Positions 36,701 through 44,800 of a DNA stretch of 64,000 bases are shown here, in pieces. A program made the position numbers and the translations under genes. The notes below the pieces were generated by a model. That model saw only the letters and a program-made list of their open reading frames with translations, did no database searches and was not told where the DNA came from. This stretch comes from a virus. How positions within the stretch are numbered: position 1 is the first letter of the stretch; the number at the start of each line of letters is the position of its first letter. The stretch is taken from positions 78,451 to 142,450 of the IMG/VR virus record IMGVR_UViG_3300022751_000016; one strand, 5' to 3'.

Positions 36701-39700
36701 CTTTGCTCTTCCGTTAAAGCTAATTTATTATCTTTTCTGTTTTGAATTATCGTTTTATCCGCCGTTTGTGTATCTCCTGTAATTTGTCTGTACTTTTCTA
36801 TAAACTTTACATCAGAACTAAAAACATTCAAACTGTCCAATTTATTCAAATCTAAGGCTATTCTAGCATCTACAGAAATTTCATTTGAAGAAGCTTTAAT
36901 AATCACTTTACCTGTTTCGTCTCTAACAAGTCTTCCATTAGAATCTCTTTCGTATTCCAATCCCTTTTTTAGCTCACCACTTTCTGTATAATAGTTTTTA
37001 GCCGTTAATCTCCCTCTTTCAAGTATTTCCAAAGCATCTAAATCTGGCAATCTTAAACTAGACCTATCTAAAATACCCTCAGCAGTTCTTGCATGCTTCA
37101 TTATTTGCCCTACACTAGATAAGTATGCGCTGTTCCAAAAAATAGTGTCTTCTGAAATACCTGCTTCCTGATATTTCTTATTTTGAGCATCATAATACTC
37201 CTTAGTTCTTGGTTTTTCATCCAAATCTTGTTCGATACTTAAATCTCTTTCTATTCTTAGAATATTGTCATTATCAACAGGATTTAAATTCAAAGAATTC
37301 TCATCTCTTTGCTGAATAATTTCCTCATCTGTTAGAGTGGAATCTGTAATCACTTGTTTGAAAGCTGTTATAAAGTTTTTATTGTGTGCCTCTGTATTAG
37401 CTTTAAAATCAAATCTACTTAAAATAAATCCATCTTTTGAACCAAATTCAGATATTACTTTCTCTGTATAACCCTCATCCTTAATAGCTTTCTGTAATCT
37501 CTTTACATTATTTTGATTTTCTTGATGTCCAACATTGTGCATATTAGTTATTAAAACTGATAATAGCCCTAAAGTTGGGTCTTTTGAATTAATTAAAGTA
37601 CCTACATTTGCAGCCAAAGCACTAACATCTTGGTCATTTCTATTCATGTAGTTTTCAAAATATTGTCGCATAGATTCAGGATAGCCTCCTCTTCTTAATA
37701 CTTCGTCAATTAGTCTTCTCAGTGTTTGGTCAGTTACTAGACTCTTTGTTGCAATAACTCTTAAAACTGTATCTTGCGTTTCTTTAATTCTAGATTTTAA
37801 AATATCCCAATCATCACCTTTATTGTCTTTGATTAATTCTCCCAATTCTCCAATAGAAGGTAAGGCTTGTTTAGAAACAAACTCAAATAGTACCACTTCT
37901 TCTTGCGATAAAGCATAGTTTTTATTGTTTATAGAGGAATCTTCTAAAGCTTTTTCTAAATACTTAGAGATGTTGTTAGTTATACCCACTAAAGTAGCAA
38001 TAGCCTCTACTTCCGCTGTATCTTGTACTTGCAAGTCTAAATTTTTAAGTTTTAATAAGTCTACACTGCTTATAGGACTTACACCTCTTGTTTTTCTTAA
38101 AGACTTTGCCGCACTTTCTAATTGACTTGCTGTTTTTCTTGCTGCTACGATTAACTTATTTTCAGGAGTTCCTGCTTCTAGAGAATAAAATCTGAAAGGA
38201 TTGTCACTTAAATCTCTATTTGCAAAAAATACACTGTCTTTCAGTAATAAGCTATTAACATCTTCTAAGTATTTACTTAGTTCTTGCGCGTATTCAGGCT
38301 TGAAATAATTTGCTATTCTATCCACAAATGTTTGTATAAATTCCAGAGCTTTTGAAATGAAGTTATTAGATGGAGCAATATTTCTATTCAAAACAGCTTT
38401 TCCAACTATTTTACCTAATATCTCTTTTCTTACAGCCGTTTCTAATAATTCTGGCGTATATTCCTCCGCATACTTTTTTTTATAAATGTCAGCAAACTGC
38501 AACCATTCCTCCGACCTATCAATGTTTCTAAGAATGTCTGCTGTATCTGCATCAGGCATAAATTCTACAATGAAATGTCCTAATTCCTCTGCTAACTCAT
38601 CCTCGCTAATATCTACGCCATCTTTTAGAGCAATTGTTCTCATAGCTATGTCAGCTAAAGCTCTTGCACTAGGGTCTACACCGTTTCTATTTCTATAGTC
38701 TGATACATAATTAGATAGAGAAGTTATTTTAACTCCCATTTTATTCAATAGATTTAAAATACCTAATTGCGCTTCTTTTTCTGTTTTTAATATAGTTGGT
38801 TGTATTATTTGTGTATCTCTTTGAGCTGGGCGATTTTGTGTATAGTATTTTCCTGCTATAAGTTGGTCTGCATTTTCACTGTACTTTGCTTGTATTTGTT
38901 GGTCAGATAATGCGTCAAATTCTTGTTCTGTAATATATGTATCCTCACTTACCAAGATTTTATCTTTAACCTTCACTATGTCAAAAACATTTTCATCTCT
39001 AATAACTCCACCAAATCCTACATAATTAACAGCATCTTCAGATAAAAGTTCTGCATTTACATTCTTTTTAAGTTCAGTTTCTCCTTCTGTTATGAATTTA
39101 TAATCATCGCCAATTCTTATCTTTTCTCCTGATAACAGTCCTTGTTCTATTGCTGAATTTATATACCCTACTTCAGAATCTCTATTTACAGACTTAGTTG
39201 TTGAAAGTAGTTTTGTAAACTCTCCATTCTGTAAAAATCCTGCTTTTATTTCATCACTGTTTTTTAAAGCTTCTTTGTAAGAGTTTGTGTAACTTCCATC
39301 TGCTGTTTGATAAACAAAGCTTACATTATCTTTTTTTGATATGCTTTGCTTAAATAACTTTCCTTTTTCGGTTTGAATATCTGAATCTTTAACAGGGATA
39401 TTATTATTTGCTAAAAATTCATATAAAGAAGTTGCGATTCCTTTTCTTTGTTGATTTTCATTTACTTTTATGATGTTTGCAAAAAACTGACCATCAGAAT
39501 CTTTTTTAAGTCCCATAGTGGCTACTTTTTCACCATTACTATTAATAACACTTAATCCTATTTTTTCAGTTTCTTTCCTATTTTCTAACGAAGATATTTT
39601 ACCGTTTATGCCATCATAAATCTCAATGTAAAATTTTTCTCCGTCTTTTGAAGTGTAAATATTATCTTCTAATTTGGATGAACTCCTATCCCCATTAAAG

Positions 39701-39858
39701 TTCTCGCTGTAAACGTTTTTATAAATATTTAAAGCTTCTTCTGTATCTTTTACTAAGGGAGATTTAGCTATATTAATAAAAAGTTGACTTTCTTCACCAA
39801 CTTCGTTTAAAACTTTTGTTATTTTGTTTTCTTCGTTTCTAATTATAGAACAATCCAT
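33730..39858 (-). CDS. giant polyvalent virion cargo/ejection protein with GNAT-like and metallopeptidase-like domains
   Basis: 2042 aa; VNENQQRKGIATSLY GNAT motif A; EELGH..EILG zincin-like pattern; largely helical body with hydrophobic C-terminal segments. Confidence 0.75.
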   Translation of the reverse strand: MDCSIIRNEENKITKVLNEVGEESQLFINIAKSPLVKDTEEALNIYKNVYSENFNGDRSSSKLEDNIYTSKDGEKFYIEIYDGINGKISSLENRKETEKIGLSVINSNGEKVATMGLKKDSDGQFFANIIKVNENQQRKGIATSLYEFLANNNIPVKDSDIQTEKGKLFKQSISKKDNVSFVYQTADGSYTNSYKEALKNSDEIKAGFLQNGEFTKLLSTTKSVNRDSEVGYINSAIEQGLLSGEKIRIGDDYKFITEGETELKKNVNAELLSEDAVNYVGFGGVIRDENVFDIVKVKDKILVSEDTYITEQEFDALSDQQIQAKYSENADQLIAGKYYTQNRPAQRDTQIIQPTILKTEKEAQLGILNLLNKMGVKITSLSNYVSDYRNRNGVDPSARALADIAMRTIALKDGVDISEDELAEELGHFIVEFMPDADTADILRNIDRSEEWLQFADIYKKKYAEEYTPELLETAVRKEILGKIVGKAVLNRNIAPSNNFISKALEFIQTFVDRIANYFKPEYAQELSKYLEDVNSLLLKDSVFFANRDLSDNPFRFYSLEAGTPENKLIVAARKTASQLESAAKSLRKTRGVSPISSVDLLKLKNLDLQVQDTAEVEAIATLVGITNNISKYLEKALEDSSINNKNYALSQEEVVLFEFVSKQALPSIGELGELIKDNKGDDWDILKSRIKETQDTVLRVIATKSLVTDQTLRRLIDEVLRRGGYPESMRQYFENYMNRNDQDVSALAANVGTLINSKDPTLGLLSVLITNMHNVGHQENQNNVKRLQKAIKDEGYTEKVISEFGSKDGFILSRFDFKANTEAHNKNFITAFKQVITDSTLTDEEIIQQRDENSLNLNPVDNDNILRIERDLSIEQDLDEKPRTKEYYDAQNKKYQEAGISEDTIFWNSAYLSSVGQIMKHARTAEGILDRSSLRLPDLDALEILERGRLTAKNYYTESGELKKGLEYERDSNGRLVRDETGKVIIKASSNEISVDARIALDLNKLDSLNVFSSDVKFIEKYRQITGDTQTADKTIIQNRKDNKLALTEEQREDLFTIETLPQTYLDLITNIDNTKGREAAIKAINLNSFIGFSEAFWSSMGDAESQDILDKLETVKQANPEVQELIQSIEEDRIRVRGILKTWAKKGSPSEISEDISQTSKDSIRNVQERLEANYEKASKYIKSTFEEREVSIGISESNESFNKEVADLGLNIDPSTSEEEQLKQLDKLIDFIGQNSTTRNKNKLLNDKYQIEQFRLGKRATLPLSIERLANERELDLNNTEEYIYFMQEYGKTKLLPYYKRFAPASYSQFRQELQTTENLTELLQDTVNDPTNFININPNYSFYDAQEDGSINPNYDRTSRVGYLQPNVAKFKNKAFYDKFGQNVKVENDRIIVDSSSNQKLAKVYNAVLDYNEASLDAEGMADTGYNYFTMPQVRKNGLERTKSLVANPSISTVVAALKDTFAYTQEEQVEGERYNGINVIPQPYVQKLRDSKDLATEDLFYTLFMRGKEGFLRKAKVNAYGDINSISDSINLRQYNGKAVESTNAYKQVKAVIDYQYYGIKEEVTLPFETAFGTLSGAKIVKSGMKFISLKNLGFSPIISLTGYGTMKVAQLQERWAGQYMQNNTYKKGSKEFDKLVKDSLLEFGQVNTEAKLNVLGQFFQAFDLEVGLRNSQYGWLARAAPRTAMGLYQAVAYPIFAKNLLTTLHDYRIADGRIHNFQSFRQVHRRQGKSLKQVEEMWKEYDNNPIYNYIETKDGEVSFNREQLGQAINLEGTRLDEEILSISNDIRAQTKNLNVKIDMQLPQEEKVGIQRHFLWNLLLTHKSFIIPLTESRFKTQQFNSLTRSLEEGSYNSTYKFLGGVINEWKQNGGNILKAFKDEYNGTNKDAENWEEVDLRQANLKRVMKDVVIANTLMLLSLLVRGIADDPDKKDVYSLQFTNLILARLNSEVYQSNLGIYSNYQQIMESPVLAYDTMVQMSNMFDESKGVETLRKNTPILNSFIKLRDPAQQFENLRYQTEVRNDVFKLSPLMYIARDKE

Positions 39859-39877
39859 TTATTTATGTTTTTATTTG

Positions 39878-39909
39878 CAAATATAAGTGTAAAATTATTT
39901 ATTTACAAG
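39878..39909 (-). promoter_or_regulatory. internal sigma70-type promoter for the 2042-aa gene
   Basis: Minus strand CTTG-N20-TATATTTG, with the -7 box ending about 20 nt before the ATG. Confidence 0.55.
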
Positions 39910-41896
39910 CTAATTCTTCATTTATTTTTTCTTCCTGTGCCTTATTGTAAGTGTTTGTTACATTTAATTCAGGATTAGTTTGTGGTATAGCTGTGTATGA
40001 GGGCAGTATATCAGGAGCAATATTCAACCCGTAAACCTTGTATTCCCCTGTATTTGGAATCATTTTTTCATATATGTTAACATCAGACCTTTGATAAATA
40101 CCATCACTAATTCTTAAAAACGGCTCTTGCGATTGAGCTCCTATTTTACCGTCTTCCATTCTCTGATAATCTTCTTGAAAAATAGGTAATGCTTGCGGAT
40201 AATTTGTATAATAGTCTCTAATGTTTTGTTCATCTGAATCTACGTATTCTCCCTCATTAGGAAAAGTTATCTCAGAATTTATTTTGGCATTGAAGTAATT
40301 TTTAAGCTTAGAATTGTTCTCTATCTCTACCCTAATTGCCTGTAAAGTAATTGGGTCTAAACTTATTGGTTCTATTCCATTCTCTGTTATTTTAAATAAC
40401 TCACTATTCATATTTGCAATGTAGAATTCAGAAACATATTCGTCCGACACTTCTTTCACATCAATGACAAGGTTTTCTTCATAGGTTGATAACTCTATTT
40501 CATTATCTAGCTTTCCGCTCAATAATTCTTTGTAAATTACCATTTTTTGCAGAACTTCTGAATCTATGCTTTCTTGCTCAACTTTTGATAAATCAATTAA
40601 CTTCACTTCACTCTGAATACGTCTTTTTAGCTCTTCTAAGGGTGTGTTTAATCTTTGTGATGCAATATCATATAAACTATCTAAATCTTGTCTTAGAGCG
40701 TCTGTTCTTTGATATAAATTATTTCCTAAAGGTAAAAGTCCTTCATTTTGGAATAGAGTATATGCACTGTCTTTAGTAATTACATTGTACATACTTTTAT
40801 TTCCTTGGATATTTTGAACAATCACTTTAGGAGAAATGTCTACACCAAAGAAATCATCATAAACACTTGCGAATTCATCTATGTTTCCTAAATTAAATAA
40901 GTTGTTAACACTAACTAGAAAATCTTTCATTTCTTCCTGACTTTTGTTGTCATAGAAAGTACCTAAGTTTTTCAAGTCCAATCCTAATTTAGCAGCTTTT
41001 TTATTTATTGTAGACAACATTGTTTGCACTTCCTGTGGAGAATTGTCATAAACGAATGGGTGTACGACTAATAGTTTACTAACTGTATCTCTTAAACTTC
41101 CATTTACATCTTCTTGCAACACCTTGTCTAGCAGATTTTTTGTATCCGTTTGTGGCTTGTCTCTTAATATTCCATTCTCATAAACCTTCTGTCTTATTCT
41201 TTTAAACTTGCTGAAAAAATCATACTTCCCTTTTAGAAATTCTAATTCGGGGTCTTGTATAGCTACGTTGAATTCTTCTTCTTTTAACCCGCCTAATTTT
41301 TGAATAGCATCCTGTTCTACAATGTAGGGATTTTTTATTTGTGTTTTACCAAACTGATTAGGAGTTAAACCATCAGAAACTATGAAATCTTTATTTAAAA
41401 AAGCGTCATTTACAACTGTCTCTTCTGTGTTTGAAAGTTTTATTATAAACTCTTGAATACTGTTTTGCAACTCTAAGTCTCTCAGAATATTTTCTCTTTC
41501 GTAGGAAGTATAGATGTCTAAATTATTTAAACTGTTTCTTGTAGGTTCAGGAAAAAATGCATCTCTCAATTCTTCTTTTAATTGGTCAGAGTTTTCAAAT
41601 CTAGTGTCAGCTAAATTTACTTTCAATTGAGTTAATTCCTGCTCAGACAGAGGCTCTTTAATATTTTCTCTTTCTATGAAATAGACAACATCTTTTAAAA
41701 TAGGTTCTCCATTTTTATCTGTTTCTGTGATTAGAGCGTTGTCTAAAAAACTTTCTGTTTGTGAAACTGCCCAAATATCTGAGGCTTGCTCTTGATTCCC
41801 TGTGAATGTTTTAGCGTTAGCAAATAATATACTAGGTTTTCCATTGTTGGCTTCTATTTTTATAGTGCCATTATCTATAGTTATGTTACAACTCAT
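39899..41896 (-). CDS. virion cargo protein
   Basis: 665 aa; N-terminal ANNGKPSILF..W..T..F..DKNGEP module; lies between two giant cargo genes. Confidence 0.7.
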   Translation of the reverse strand: MSCNITIDNGTIKIEANNGKPSILFANAKTFTGNQEQASDIWAVSQTESFLDNALITETDKNGEPILKDVVYFIERENIKEPLSEQELTQLKVNLADTRFENSDQLKEELRDAFFPEPTRNSLNNLDIYTSYERENILRDLELQNSIQEFIIKLSNTEETVVNDAFLNKDFIVSDGLTPNQFGKTQIKNPYIVEQDAIQKLGGLKEEEFNVAIQDPELEFLKGKYDFFSKFKRIRQKVYENGILRDKPQTDTKNLLDKVLQEDVNGSLRDTVSKLLVVHPFVYDNSPQEVQTMLSTINKKAAKLGLDLKNLGTFYDNKSQEEMKDFLVSVNNLFNLGNIDEFASVYDDFFGVDISPKVIVQNIQGNKSMYNVITKDSAYTLFQNEGLLPLGNNLYQRTDALRQDLDSLYDIASQRLNTPLEELKRRIQSEVKLIDLSKVEQESIDSEVLQKMVIYKELLSGKLDNEIELSTYEENLVIDVKEVSDEYVSEFYIANMNSELFKITENGIEPISLDPITLQAIRVEIENNSKLKNYFNAKINSEITFPNEGEYVDSDEQNIRDYYTNYPQALPIFQEDYQRMEDGKIGAQSQEPFLRISDGIYQRSDVNIYEKMIPNTGEYKVYGLNIAPDILPSYTAIPQTNPELNVTNTYNKAQEEKINEELACK

Positions 41897-41897
41897 T

Positions 41898-44800
41898 TTA
41901 ACATTCTTTTACTTTTTGTACTTCTTTTCTAAGATTTGCTTGTATTTTAGCTTCATTCATTAATTCTTTCAATTCCGCTATTTTTTCAAACTTGTTTTTA
42001 ATACTATCAATTTTATCTTTACCTACAATATCTAAAACTTTTTTAGGAATACTTTCTGATATTGCTTCTCTAAGAATGTTTATATTCACTTGTTGAGATA
42101 TATTTGGAAGATTTTCACTACCTACAGATATAACAGCGTTCTCACTGAAAGCTTGAATAAAAGTATTATCTTCTGGAAAAGTTAAATCTAAATTTGAAGC
42201 TATTTGTGCTGCTTCATTTATTTGCCTATTTATCTGAATTGCTTCATCGCTCAATTCTGCCTCCAAAGATACAACATTATCTTGTAATTCGCTTCTTTTT
42301 TGTACAGGACTTTGATATTCTACATTTCCTAAATTAATAAGGAGTTTTCCTGTACTGAAAGGATTGTTTGTTATATCTACAGCTATTTCTGCGGAAGACA
42401 GTAATTGATTTTTATCGAAAGATTTGTCAGCTAATTCATCAGCGGATAAGTATAATTCCAATTCGCTTAAAGCGTCTGATAAGTTATTCAATTCATCAGA
42501 GGTTTGCCAATCTGTATTTGCGAAATTTATATTATATGTTTCTGGACTTATACCTGAACCTTGCATGAGTCTAATAACTTGTACAGCTTTTTCATCTGCT
42601 GAAATTTCTGTATTCATTATTCTACTTAAATCCTCACTTTTTGATATTTGTGTGACATTCATTTTAATAGGGAACGCTACATTTTTATCTTGATATCTTA
42701 TAACAACAAATGGTATTTTAAATTGTGCGTTTCTTTTAGTGATTCCTTTTACACTTGTTAAGTTTACATCATTTACAGATTTACTGTAAACTACATCATC
42801 TCCTTGCATATATCCTGTAGAAACTATGTTTTCCAAAGCTTTTTCAGTGAATGGTATAGTTGTAGGTTGTGCATTTCCATTTTCATCTAGTTGTGCTTGT
42901 AAATTAGGACTCCCTAACAACACTGTATTAACTGTTGCTGTTTGTCCCGTGCCTACAATTCTATCGGGAGAAAATAGCATTCTTTCTACAGTTTCTTTTC
43001 TTATAGATTTATTTTTTTCAAATGCTGGCGTAATTGCACTATTTCCTGTAGTGGCTGATAATTGACCTAAAACTTCATTACTGCCTTGTCCGTAAATATA
43101 TATGTTTAAACTATTCTCTAACTCTTCTAAGGCTTGGTCTGTTGGATTAGAATTGTATTTTTGAATTAATTGTGCATTATAAGAATCCTCTTTATCTACT
43201 CTTAATTCTAAAACATCTCCTTTTTTCTTAGAATTTACTAATTCAGGAACAGCTTGTACTTTATTACCTTTAGTGTCTTCTGTTATGAAATCTGATTTTA
43301 CAGGAATTAATTCACCATTAGCTAATTCTTCAAAAAGTATATTTTGATTACTTACACCTGTACTTAATATGTGTAGAGTGGATGGAATATTATTTAAAGA
43401 ATTTTCTAAAACTACTAGTCTAGAATTAGTTCCCACTTCTACTTCTATCTCTTTATCTTCCTGTATAATTACAAACTTACTTCCTTCTTTCTTACTAGGT
43501 TTAAATTCTTTAAGTCCCGTTCTTGTTTTAGAGAAGATTTCTGAATTAGGGAAGAATCTTGCAAAACCTTCAATAGATAAAAAACTGATATTTTGTTTTC
43601 TAATTCCATCTCTTTCTGAAACGAATGTCAAAGCATTGTCAGGAGATTTAACTACAGAGGAATTAGTTAAAAAAGGTGTATCAGCTGTATTTATTTCTGC
43701 TGTTAAGAAATCGTAGTCCGTATTGGAATACTCCACTTTAGTTTCAGCTCTCAAAACATTATCTTGTAAAGCTTTTCTAATTCTCAATAAATCTGCAATA
43801 GAACTGTCATACTCATCTACAGAACCTTCTAATATTGTCCAATCTGTTAATTTTTTAGTCAGATTTTGGAATTCTTCTGTATTCTCATTGTTATATAATA
43901 GTTCTTGATATCTGTTAATCTCTTCTTGTGTAGGCTCTTCTGCTGTCAATACCTCTTCACCAATATATTGTAGTGTATAGAGATTCTTATTTAGAATATC
44001 ATTTATCTTTTGGTCTATCTGAGACTTTGGTTTCTCTACTGTTTCTTCTATTTCTATGGTGTCTACATTAAGCTCCTCTGCTCTTTCTGAATTTGCATTT
44101 AATATTTCTTGCTGTTGTATTGTTAGAGTGTTTCCTTTTTTAATTTCCGAGTTTAACTTTTCTAAATAACTATTCTCAACAACCTCTCCTTTTTTAAAGC
44201 TAACATAAGCTTCATTATCTTCTTTTTGTCCTCTTACAATAATTTCTATCTCCGCTTTATTTTCAGCATAACTTTCTAAAGTTGATTTAAAATATTCAAA
44301 TTCATTTTCTTTATAATCACGAGCTTTAAGTATTGAAGACAACCATCCATTCAACAAAGTAAATCTTGTTTCTGGATTCATAAGAGTTTGTGTAGTCTCA
44401 TTAAATCCCTTAACATTTCTTATGGCTCTACTTTGCTCTTGAATTAATTTTTGTACAATTGCATATTTTTGCGGGTCAACTTGTTTTAAAGCTTGTATAG
44501 ATTCACTAAGTTTTCCTATATTCTCTTTTTGGTTGTCCAGCATTTCAATTGTTATGTTAGTACCTGTTAAATTTTTAACATTTATGGCATCAACAATAAC
44601 TTGTTTTTGATTATAAATTTCTGCTTTTTCTTGTTGTACATCTAAAAGCTTTTTAGCATTATCATTTAAAAGTCTAGTTTTTTCTGTGTTATCCTCTTTA
44701 TTAGAGATAGTTTGTAAATCTAAAGTTTTTCTAAGTAGGTCTTGCTCTGTTTTAGCTAAGTATTTTGACTTTCTATCTAATATATTATACTGTTTCTTTT

